From NCBI GenBank assembly GCA_031279635.1, contig JAITIC010000076.1:1-55036 (forward strand): 55,036 nt of DNA, given 5' to 3'. Of the stretch, positions 10,101 through 17,750 are shown piece after piece. The notes below the pieces were generated by a model, which was not told where the DNA came from, did no database searches, and worked only from the letters and a program-made list of their open reading frames with translations. The position numbers were made by a program, and so were the translations under genes. The DNA is from Treponema sp. (GTDB taxonomy: Bacteria; Spirochaetota; Spirochaetia; Treponematales; Breznakiellaceae). Position 1 is the first letter of the stretch. Every line of letters starts with the position of its first letter.

Positions 10101-11454
10101 TAACGCCAAAACCGGCGAGCGGGTTCCCATCATAGGGAACAAGCGGGTGCGGGTACTGCTCTCCAATATGGGGGCCATCTCCACCGAGTACATGGGGGCG
10201 GCGGTGCGCAGTCTGGGAATCAGCGCCGAGGCGTTGCCCGTGGCGACGCCCAAGACGATTCAGCTTGCCCGCGCCCACGCTTCGGGAAAAGAATGTGTCC
10301 CCAGCCACCTGGTTTTGGGAAGCGCCCTGCAATTCTTCTCCGGTGAAAAATACCGCAAGGATGAACTGTACCTCCTCTTTGTGCCGATCACCACCGGCCC
10401 CTGCCGTACCGGCCAGTATTACGTTTTCTACGAAAACCTCTTCCGGGACCTGCGGCTTGAGAACGTGGTGGTCTTTACCCTTTCGGCGGATAATTCGTAC
10501 ACCGAACTCGGCCCCAGCTTCGCCAGAGAGATGTGGAAGGGCCTCGTGCTCTCCGATTATCTCAAGGACATTCAGACCGCCCTTAAAGCCACCGCCGCCG
10601 ACCCCGCCCAAGCCCGGGCGGACTTTGAAAAATCCTGGCGCAGGGTTATGCGCGCGGTGGAGCACAATCCCAAGAGTATCTGGCGGGAACTGAGAGCGGT
10701 CGCCCTTGACGTACGGAAAATTCCCCTCAAGCGGAAGGTCGTTGACTGCCCGCGGGTGCTTATCGTGGGGGAGATATACGTGCGCCGCGACGATTTCGCC
10801 GTGGGCGAACTAACGGACCTGATGAGCGAGCGGGGCATTGTGGTAAAAGTGGCGGGCGTCTCCGAATGGATTCACTATCTGGACTTTGTCCGCGAATACG
10901 CCCTCAACAAGCTGATAAACCTGCGGAAACCGGGAATGCGGCTCTTTTCCAAACCCTGGCGGGACCTCAAGAAACTCGAAATCGAGGAATGGTGGAAACA
11001 TTCGGTGGAGAAAAAGATCATTTCGATTCTGGGGCCCACCGGCCTTGTCCCTGAAACTCCCCACGACATGTACGAGATCATGAAGTACACCCGGGAGTAC
11101 TTTGTCAATCTGGAACTCAACTCGGAAATCGCCGTCTCCTCCGGTTCCGCGGCGGCGGCCATGGATGCGGGCTATTCTGGCATTGTAAACATCAGCCCCT
11201 TTGCCTGCCTCATCGGGCGGGTCATTGAGGGCCTCTTTACCCCCTGGGCGCGGGAACGCAACTACCCGATCCTCTCGGTGGAAGTGGACGGCAATCTGCT
11301 GCCGCCGAACATCATCAACAAGCTCAATATCTTTATGGTGAACGTGCTCCGTTTCAAGGGCGGCGGCGATCTTTCTTCCCTCGTGGACAAGGCAGGCTCT
11401 CATAATCCGCTTTTTGCGCAGGACGCTCCGGCGGATGAATCAGAGGCGGGTTAA
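7108..11454 (+). CDS. Fused double ATP-dependent activase (BadF/BadG/BcrA/BcrD) + DUF2229 + 2-hydroxyacyl-CoA dehydratase-like protein; PlsA-PlsR-like
   Basis: Two ASKHA activase repeats (GINIGSTSLK/KCASGTG/RCSVF and GVDGGSTTTK/EACSAGTG/HCSAF), a CKACENGC..GGRC linker, and Cys motifs CFPA, FCPI, FSCAPD, ECVP, GPCR, PFAC. 1448 aa. Confidence 0.85.
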   Translation: MQSVGINIGSTSLKMVLFEYDDSTEKGRTVWSATVPHEGDFGAAVHRLLSEGKIPEGIPALVTGNEGRFMFDVSGTVEPLCVEAALRNLGIRADAVVSMGGEDLIVYSLDSGGKIINNFSGNKCASGTGEFLKQQLARMDMTLPDIDRVPDTAKVYSLSTRCSVFMKSDCTHRLNKREATKDDIVLSLSDVMAVKVIDFLKRAKVTSGRVVLTGGITLNRHIIRFIRQKAPEIEFIIPETAPVFEALGAASLAPLSGSALPAADKLLKPNEIRFGTLGALRDWEDKVRFFEKSGGKVRAGRKYILGVDGGSTTTKACLVDAETDEIVASHYGRTHGDPVKALKECLAIMQEKIIADTGGKNIDIRLVSTTGSSREILGVFLETPGVYNEIIAHSVGTTYFDPEVETIFEIGGQDAKYVLLKNGVPIDYAMNEACSAGTGSFLEESASGDLSIHSAVDIGPIALEADAPCKFGEHCSAFINSDIRKAVQQGAGRENITAGIACSIVSNYLNRVVGNRTISGKIFLQGGVAKNQAVPLAFAMLLGKEILVPPSPELTGCFGVALLAKRKHADGLLDERSVVIDDIINRDIGYERVFTCKACENGCPIQVLNVNTHKYMFGGRCNKYTNMRKAIKDVPVFDYVEKRQKMLFEEFAAPPLLEKRRDFTVGIPRAFSVHTLYPLYSWFFYALGIETFLSTEVAHAGVARAESTYCFPAEIAHGAVQDCLDKGADFVLLPHFRDMPSYEDEVHANFCPITQSLPYYIEKAFPDIAKKRWLPLVVSFKFGEGKALELFREMAARLGIGEAETKAAFENALERQQAYFDAMRKMGREALEEARKSDRPVIAVLGRPYNAFTQEANMGIPRKFTTRGYSILPFDILPFHDEKIFPNMYWYYGQEDVKTAKLLKKEDNIYLTYVTNFSCAPDSFILHYIKWVMGQKPFLVLELDSHSADAGIDTRVEAFLDIIDGYRAKKNELEAERYDNGWRFVSEKSAGGFDLRIDNAKTGERVPIIGNKRVRVLLSNMGAISTEYMGAAVRSLGISAEALPVATPKTIQLARAHASGKECVPSHLVLGSALQFFSGEKYRKDELYLLFVPITTGPCRTGQYYVFYENLFRDLRLENVVVFTLSADNSYTELGPSFAREMWKGLVLSDYLKDIQTALKATAADPAQARADFEKSWRRVMRAVEHNPKSIWRELRAVALDVRKIPLKRKVVDCPRVLIVGEIYVRRDDFAVGELTDLMSERGIVVKVAGVSEWIHYLDFVREYALNKLINLRKPGMRLFSKPWRDLKKLEIEEWWKHSVEKKIISILGPTGLVPETPHDMYEIMKYTREYFVNLELNSEIAVSSGSAAAAMDAGYSGIVNISPFACLIGRVIEGLFTPWARERNYPILSVEVDGNLLPPNIINKLNIFMVNVLRFKGGGDLSSLVDKAGSHNPLFAQDAPADESEAG

Positions 11455-12318
11455 ATGAACAGACTCGATAAAAGCGTCGATTCCCTCCTGGAGGCTTACG
11501 GCTCTTACGGCATGGTGAACCACTCGGCCGGCGCGAACCTTCCCGGCAGGGAAAGCATAACGGCCATCGTCCGCGGCCTGGACGAGCTTATCTTTCCCGG
11601 CTTCCTTGAAAACCAGGGTCTGGATCACAGCAACCTCCGGCTTATCACCGCCGAAAAGGTAAACCGCCTGGCCCGTGAGCTGATCCGGGAAACCGAAAAA
11701 AGCCTCGCCTTTCAGGCGCGCTCCGGTTCCTTAAGCTGCGGCAACGAAGGCTGCCACGCCGCCGCGGAACTGATCGTGGAAAGTTTTTTCGAGGAACTGC
11801 CGGGCCTCCGCCGCCTCCTGTCCCTTGATATGGAAGCCGCGTTCAGGGGCGACCCCGCCGCCAAGAGCTTCGAGGAAGTGATCCTTTCCTACCCCGGCTT
11901 CCAGGCGATCACCGTATACCGCCTGGCCCACTTTTTCTGGAAAGCCCAGGTGCCCCTGATCCCCCGGATGATGAGCGAACTAATCCACGGCGGTACCGGT
12001 ATCGACATCCACCCGGGCGCTGAAATCGGCGAATCTTTTTTCATCGATCACGGTACCGGCGTCGTCATCGGCGAAACCACGGTCATCGGCAAAAATGTCA
12101 AACTTTACCAGGGTGTTACCCTGGGCGCCCTCTCGGTCAAAAAAGAGGAAGGCGGCCGCAAACGCCACCCCACCATTGAGGACGACGTCACGATCTATTC
12201 CAACGCCACGATTTTGGGCGGCGAAACGATCATCGGCCGGGGCAGTACCATTGGGGGCAACGTGTGGATCACCGAGTCCGTTCCGGCGGGCACCGTGGTC
12301 TACAACCGGCGCTCCTAG
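11455..12318 (+). CDS. cysE: Serine O-acetyltransferase (EpsC-type)
   Basis: GDPAA, YPG..AI..YRLAH, IDIHPGAEIG, IDHGTGVVIGET, QGVTLG, KRHPTIED. Starts immediately after the activase stop. Confidence 0.92.
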   Translation: MNRLDKSVDSLLEAYGSYGMVNHSAGANLPGRESITAIVRGLDELIFPGFLENQGLDHSNLRLITAEKVNRLARELIRETEKSLAFQARSGSLSCGNEGCHAAAELIVESFFEELPGLRRLLSLDMEAAFRGDPAAKSFEEVILSYPGFQAITVYRLAHFFWKAQVPLIPRMMSELIHGGTGIDIHPGAEIGESFFIDHGTGVVIGETTVIGKNVKLYQGVTLGALSVKKEEGGRKRHPTIEDDVTIYSNATILGGETIIGRGSTIGGNVWITESVPAGTVVYNRRS

Positions 12319-12481
12319 CAGCCTGTTGCGTTTGTGGATTTTTTTGCAGTCTTTCAGGAAAAACGCAAAAAAAACCGCAATTAAAGGGCTTGCTGCTAAA
12401 GCAGCTTGCGGTTTATAGGGTAAAAAATCGCCAGAAGGCGATTTTGGGGATTATAATGTGCGAAGCGCAACAAACTGCCGG
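12315..12481 (+). repeat. MITE-like element, family A (complete copy)
   Basis: TIRs GCAGCCTGTTGCG / CGCAACAAACTGC. 12381-12479 match the reverse complement of 49119-49221, and 12318-12348 match the reverse complement of 50333-50362. Internal hairpins GCTGCTAAAGCAGC and AAAATCGCC..GGCGATTTT. Confidence 0.78.
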
Positions 12482-12488
12482 CAGTTTA

Positions 12489-13421
12489 ATGAACGCAAAA
12501 AAAGCCGCGTTTGCGGCGGTGGTGGGCCGGCCTTCGGTGGGGAAGTCTACATTGATGAACCGGCTCTGCGGCGAGAAAGTCGCCATTGTCAGCGCCGTGC
12601 CGCAGACCACGAGGAACGCCATCCGGGGCATTGTCAACCGGGAACAGGGCCAGATCGTCTTTGTCGATACGCCGGGCCGCCACAGCTCCGGGAAAAAATT
12701 CAACAAAAAGCTGATGGAAGTGTCGCTTCGGGCGGTGAATGAGTCCGACCTCGTACTCTACGTTCTGGACGCTTCCCGCCCGCCGGGAGCGGAGGAGCGG
12801 GCGATAGCGGAACTCCTTGCCCCGCTGGCCGAAAGAACCATCGCGGCGATTAACAAGGTCGATATGCTGAAGGAAGATTCCCGGGACGCCGCCTGTTCCG
12901 GCATCCGCGAATTTCTGAAAGAGCGGCTCCCCGGCCTTGCCGCTGATCGCTGTTTTGAGATTTCCGCCAAACACAACGAGGGCGTGGACGCTCTGCTCGC
13001 CGCGTTATACGCGATGGCGCCTGAGGGGGAACCCTTTTACGGCGGGGAATACTACACCGATCAGGAAGTGGATTTCCGCGTAGCCGAGATCATCCGGGAA
13101 CAGGCGATCAACCGCCTGCGCCAGGAGCTTCCCCATTCGCTGTATGTGAAAGTGGCCGACACGGAATTCCTGCCGGAAAAAGACGGCGCGCCCGGCACGC
13201 GGCAGCGCCTCAGGGTGCGCGCCTTCATCATTGTTGAGCGGGAATCCCAAAAGGGCATGGTGGTGGGCAAAGGCGGCGAGATGATCAAGGCGATCCGCCT
13301 GGCCGCCCAAAAAGACTTGGGCCGCATCTTTGACTGGAAGATCGAGCTTGATCTGCGGGTAAAAACCGGCAAAGACTGGCGGCACAACGACTCCACCCTG
13401 CGCCGGATCATTGAGCGCTAG
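12489..13421 (+). CDS. era: GTPase Era
   Basis: GRPSVGKST, PQTTR, DTPG, NKVD, and a KH domain (ELPHS...SQKGMVVGKGG). Start reassigned to ATG 12489 because the upstream extension is repeat A. Confidence 0.93.
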   Translation: MNAKKAAFAAVVGRPSVGKSTLMNRLCGEKVAIVSAVPQTTRNAIRGIVNREQGQIVFVDTPGRHSSGKKFNKKLMEVSLRAVNESDLVLYVLDASRPPGAEERAIAELLAPLAERTIAAINKVDMLKEDSRDAACSGIREFLKERLPGLAADRCFEISAKHNEGVDALLAALYAMAPEGEPFYGGEYYTDQEVDFRVAEIIREQAINRLRQELPHSLYVKVADTEFLPEKDGAPGTRQRLRVRAFIIVERESQKGMVVGKGGEMIKAIRLAAQKDLGRIFDWKIELDLRVKTGKDWRHNDSTLRRIIER

Positions 13422-13468
13422 CAGGATGATTAGGCTAAACACACTGATATGAGTGATTACAGAAATGA
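13418..13468 (+). repeat. Left end of family B element
   Basis: CTAGCAGGATGATTAGGCTAAACACACTGATATGAGTGATTACAGAAAT matches 40449-40496 and overlaps the era TAG. Confidence 0.75.
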
Positions 13469-13469
13469 G

Positions 13470-13534
13470 CCTCCGCGAAGCAAGCCTGGCAAGCGCAGCT
13501 TGCCTTAGGGTATTAAACCAGACTTTCGAATAAA
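13470..13534 (+). repeat. Family F palindromic repeat (IS200/IS605-end or REP-like)
   Basis: Hairpin GGCAAGC-GCA-GCTTGCC, then 27 bp GGGTATTAAACCAGACTTTCGAATAAA identical to 46353-46379. Confidence 0.65.
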
Positions 13535-13606
13535 ACCCAAAAATATTCGCTGTTCGCTGACATGCTTAAATCTATTCTCTGCTAAAAACAGTAGTGTCGT
13601 CCGTGG

Positions 13607-14026
13607 TTAAAATGCATCCCTCTCCCGCCACCTGTCGTCCGCCTCGGCGGTCTCGGCGGCGAACATTTCCTTGCGGTACGCCTTTTCCCGCTTCTCTCTC
13701 AGCTTCTCCATAACCTTGAGTTCACGGGAGGCTTCCAGGTACAGCACCCGCTTTTCCTCAACCGCCAATGCAGCCTGGGCTGCCTCTTGGGTAAGCCGCT
13801 CCGTTTCCTGATCCAGACGGATGATGTAATTGTCCCAGGCCGGCATCTCGGCGGGGTCTGCGAAACGTTCCCGCGCCGCGTTATGGCGTACGACGGCGGT
13901 TTCCTTTATGCGATTTTCAATTGCCGTAAGAACGCCGACGGCCCGGCCAAGCTCGACTTTAGCTTCCTGTTCCCGGTAGTTCCGCAGTTCCAGAACTTTT
14001 TGAAGGTTGAAGCTGAACCGTTTCAT
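13607..14026 (-). CDS. fliJ: Flagellar export protein FliJ
   Basis: MKRFSFNLQKVLELR...LKVMEKLREK coiled coil, directly after fliI. Confidence 0.9.
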   Translation of the reverse strand: MKRFSFNLQKVLELRNYREQEAKVELGRAVGVLTAIENRIKETAVVRHNAARERFADPAEMPAWDNYIIRLDQETERLTQEAAQAALAVEEKRVLYLEASRELKVMEKLREKREKAYRKEMFAAETAEADDRWRERDAF

Positions 14027-15552
14027 AGGGCGTCGTCAGGCATAATGCCGGCGTTGCTAAGGGTTGAGAACAGGGCGGCGACGCTGTTAAGAGACATGGT
14101 TTGCTCCCCGCCTGTTTTCGGCACACCGCCTGTCGTTGTTCTCCCCCCGGAGGAGAGCGAAGGCGCGGCTTCCCGCCGGAGTCCCAAATCGGCAAGCGGC
14201 CGGAGAGAATGGTCCGTCATTTCTTCAGCCGGGATGGGAATGCCGGAAATTGCCGCCATATCGGAAAGGGTTTCGGAAAGGGAAGAGCGCTCGTCAACGG
14301 CCTGGATAAGAAATTCCTCAATGGGGCCGTGTTTGGCAATGGCCTCATCTATGGCGGGGTTGGAACCCGAGTGATATGCCCCAACATTAATAAGGTCCTC
14401 GGCCCCGGCGTAAACGGCCATGGATCTGCGGATGGCGCCCGCGGCCTTGCCGGAAGCGGGGCCTGAAACCGCCGGGGAAAGACGGGAAACGCTTTGCAGT
14501 ACGTCTATCGCCGGGTAGTGATAAGCCTGGGCAAGGCTGCGGGAAAGCACGATGTGGCCGTCAAGTATCCCCCGGACCGTGTCGGCCACCGGCTCGTCCA
14601 TGTCGTCGCCGTCAACCAGGATCGTGTAAAAACCGGTGATGCTGCCCACATCGGAATTGCCGCTCCGTTCAAGGAGCTTGGGCATGGAGTCAAACATGCT
14701 GGGCGTATAACCCCTGGTCGCGGGAGGCTCGCCGGAGGCAAGGCCGATTTCCCGCTGGGCGCGGGCAAAGCGCGTAACGGAGTCAAAAAGAAGCATTACG
14801 TCCAACCCCTGGTCGCGGAAAAATTCCGCCACCGCGGTGGCGACGCAGGCCCCCCGCAGCCGGGCCAGGGGCGGCGAATTGGAGGGCGTTACCACGAGTA
14901 CGCTGCGGGCAAGCCCTTGGGGGCCGAGATCGTTTTCAATAAAATCAGTCGGCTCACGTCCCCGCTCGCCTATGAGGGCTACCACGTTGACATCGGCGCT
15001 GGTGTTGCGGGCGATCATCCCCAGCAGGGTGGACTTGCCCACGCCGGAACCGGCGAATATGCCGAGCCGCTGGCCCTTCCCCACGGCAAGCAGGCCGTCA
15101 ATGGCCCGCACCCCGGTAGTGAGCCGCTCGGTGATCCGCCGCCGTTTCAGGGGGTCTGGCGGATTTGCCAGAGCGGGGTACAATACGGCAGATTCAATTT
15201 CGCCTTTGCCGTCTATGGGATTCCCCAGCGCGTCAAGCACCCGCCCCAGCAATTTTTGGGATACCGGCACTTCCAGCCGGGAACCCAGCGCAATGACACG
15301 GTTCCCCACCTCAATGCCGTCGGTTTCCTCAAAGGCCATGAGCTGGACGATTTCGTCCCGCAGGCCCACTACCTCGGCGCGGATTAGCCCGCGGCCTTTG
15401 GGGGCCTCAATCCTGCAAATCTCGCCGATAACCGCCTGAGGACCGCGGCTCTCAATGAGGAGGCCCTGGACCCTGGAGATTCTGCCGGTACATTTTATGG
15501 GGTCTGTGCGTTTAGCTGTTTCAAGATATTTTTCAAATAGTGCGGTTTCCAT
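14023..15552 (-). CDS. fliI: Flagellar export ATPase FliI
   Basis: GIFAGSGVGKST, IGERGRE, DSVTRFARAQRE, DGHIVLSR. Start moved to METALF (15552) behind GGAGG. Confidence 0.95.
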   Translation of the reverse strand: METALFEKYLETAKRTDPIKCTGRISRVQGLLIESRGPQAVIGEICRIEAPKGRGLIRAEVVGLRDEIVQLMAFEETDGIEVGNRVIALGSRLEVPVSQKLLGRVLDALGNPIDGKGEIESAVLYPALANPPDPLKRRRITERLTTGVRAIDGLLAVGKGQRLGIFAGSGVGKSTLLGMIARNTSADVNVVALIGERGREPTDFIENDLGPQGLARSVLVVTPSNSPPLARLRGACVATAVAEFFRDQGLDVMLLFDSVTRFARAQREIGLASGEPPATRGYTPSMFDSMPKLLERSGNSDVGSITGFYTILVDGDDMDEPVADTVRGILDGHIVLSRSLAQAYHYPAIDVLQSVSRLSPAVSGPASGKAAGAIRRSMAVYAGAEDLINVGAYHSGSNPAIDEAIAKHGPIEEFLIQAVDERSSLSETLSDMAAISGIPIPAEEMTDHSLRPLADLGLRREAAPSLSSGGRTTTGGVPKTGGEQTMSLNSVAALFSTLSNAGIMPDDAL

Positions 15553-15574
15553 ATTCCCTCCCAGGCAATGCAGG

Positions 15575-16678
15575 CTACGGGTCTTCACCCGCGGCGGGAG
15601 AAACCGCCGGTTCGGCCGTAGCGGATTCGGCGGCGGCGGCCATGGCTTTTGTCGCGGCGGCCGCCCTTGCAGCTGCCGCAGCTTTTGCCGCGCCGTTAGA
15701 CGCAAGGCCGTTTAAGTTAAGGCCGTTTGCCGCGCCTGCGGCGGCGTATTTTTGCTTTGACTTTATGGGAGAAATCTCAAGTATTTTGGCTTCAAGCTCC
15801 GCAAGCTGGCTGGCAATGCGGGCGTCGATCTCGCCGAAGTCCGTTTCGATAATGCAGCCTCCGGGATCCACCGAGGAATCTTCCAGCACCTGTACGGACT
15901 TTACCCCCTCAAGGAGTTGGATAAAATCTTTCGTATGCCCGGTGGCAAGCTTCAGATCAGCCAGGTTTACCCGTATGATGACGTCTCCCCTGCCCCTTAC
16001 TTTCCGCAAAGCCTGGACCACGTTGGAAACTATCACATTACGCTGATTATCGGAAATAACCTTGACCACTTTCCGGGCGATAAGCAGCACCAGATCGACG
16101 ATCTCCCGCTCGGTCTCGGCGAGAATTTCCGCACGTTTGTCCTGGGCGCGTTCAAGCACGATTTGGGTCCGCTCAATGAGCCGCTCGACTTCCGCTTTGC
16201 CTTCGGCGAAACCTTCTTTGCGGCCCGCCTCGCGGCCCTGGTCTTCGGCCTCTTTCCGCTCTGCCTCAAGAGCGGCGCGGAGATCGTTCTCGATTTTCCT
16301 GGCCTCTTCTTTTGAACGGGCGATGATCCCTTCAGCCTCTTCCCCGGCCTGACGTTTCAGATCTTCTCCCTCGTCGCTTTTCTGCCGCAGGCTGCCGGCT
16401 GCCGCTTCTTCCGCTTCTTTCACGATGTCTTCGGCCGCGGCCTTTGCTGCGGCGATCATCGTTTCTTTTTCCGCTTCCCACTGCTCCTTAAAGGCTTCGG
16501 CTTCCCGGCGGAGATCATCCGCCGTGGGGCCGGAGTATTCCTCCACCGCTTCCTCAGGCTCGGCCTTCTCTTCTTCAGGGGCGAGAGCGGCAAGATCCGG
16601 GTAAGACGCGGGAGTCTCAATCATTACCTTTTCTTCGAGAACGGTAACCTCATCGGGACGGAATACTGCCTTGGTCAT
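15575..16678 (-). CDS. fliH: Flagellar assembly protein FliH
   Basis: GxxxG repeats, GGCIIETDFGEIDARIASQL. Ala-rich tail. Confidence 0.92.
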   Translation of the reverse strand: MTKAVFRPDEVTVLEEKVMIETPASYPDLAALAPEEEKAEPEEAVEEYSGPTADDLRREAEAFKEQWEAEKETMIAAAKAAAEDIVKEAEEAAAGSLRQKSDEGEDLKRQAGEEAEGIIARSKEEARKIENDLRAALEAERKEAEDQGREAGRKEGFAEGKAEVERLIERTQIVLERAQDKRAEILAETEREIVDLVLLIARKVVKVISDNQRNVIVSNVVQALRKVRGRGDVIIRVNLADLKLATGHTKDFIQLLEGVKSVQVLEDSSVDPGGCIIETDFGEIDARIASQLAELEAKILEISPIKSKQKYAAAGAANGLNLNGLASNGAAKAAAAARAAAATKAMAAAAESATAEPAVSPAAGEDP

Positions 16679-16687
16679 GCGTTACCC

Positions 16688-17749
16688 CTACACCACCATC
16701 TCGTCCTCGCCGGAACGGGCAACAACGATCTCGCCGGTGTCTTCCAGATGCCTGATGATGGAGACGATTTTCTGCTGGGACTCTTCCACGTCTTTGAGCC
16801 GTACCGGTCCCATGTACTCCATGTCTTCCTTGAGCATGCCCGCAGCGCGCTTGGACATGTTCCTGAAAATCTTGTCCTGCACTTCGGTATCCACCGATTT
16901 GAGGGCCTTGGCCAGTTCCTGGGAGTCCACTTCCCGCATAACTTTCTGAATGGCCCGGTCGTCAAGCATAACAATATCTTCAAACACAAACATCCGTTTC
17001 TTGATCTCTTCGGCCAGTTCCGGGTCTTCATCTTCCAGGGCCTCAATGATCTGTTTCTCGGAGGCGCGGTCAACAAGGTTGAGAATTTCGACGATGCTCT
17101 CAACACCGCCCGCTGTAGTGTAGTCTTCGCTGGACAGTGAGGAGAGTTTCTTTTCAAGCACCCGTTCCACCTCGCGGAGCACTTCCGGACTCGTCCGGTC
17201 CATGGTGGCAATACGCCGGGCCACATCGCTCTGCACATCTTGCGGAAGGTTCTGCAAAATCACCGAAGCCTTATTGGGTTCGAGGTACGCCAGTATAAGG
17301 GCGATGGTCTGGGGGTGTTCCTGCTGGATAAAGTTGAGCAGCTGCGCCGGGTCGGTTCTGCGGATAAAGTCAAAGGGACGTACCTGCAAACTCGACGTAA
17401 GGCGGTTGATGATGTCGATAGCCTTCTGGCTTCCCAGGGATTTTTCCAGAAGCTCCCGCGCGTAGTCAATGCCGCCGGTAGAGATGAACTGGTTCGCCAT
17501 CATGAGTTCCTGGAACTCCTGCAAAATGGCGTCCTTCTGCTCGGCGTCTATGGTTTCAAGACGCGCTATTTCAAAGGTGAGTGTTTCTATTTCATCTTCA
17601 CGCAGATACTTGAATATCTCTGCCGAAATTTCCGAGCCGATGGTAACGAGGAATATGGCGGCCTTCTGGCGGCCGGTATATTCTTTCGCGGCTTTCTTTT
17701 TGGAGCCGCCCGCGGCGGTTCCGCCTGATGCTGCGCTTGTTTTTGCCAT
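16688..17749 (-). CDS. fliG: Flagellar motor switch protein FliG
   Basis: QKAAIFL, GGIDYA, EHPQTIALIL, MFVFEDI, NMSKRA. Confidence 0.96.
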   Translation of the reverse strand: MAKTSAASGGTAAGGSKKKAAKEYTGRQKAAIFLVTIGSEISAEIFKYLREDEIETLTFEIARLETIDAEQKDAILQEFQELMMANQFISTGGIDYARELLEKSLGSQKAIDIINRLTSSLQVRPFDFIRRTDPAQLLNFIQQEHPQTIALILAYLEPNKASVILQNLPQDVQSDVARRIATMDRTSPEVLREVERVLEKKLSSLSSEDYTTAGGVESIVEILNLVDRASEKQIIEALEDEDPELAEEIKKRMFVFEDIVMLDDRAIQKVMREVDSQELAKALKSVDTEVQDKIFRNMSKRAAGMLKEDMEYMGPVRLKDVEESQQKIVSIIRHLEDTGEIVVARSGEDEMVV

Positions 17750-17750
17750 T

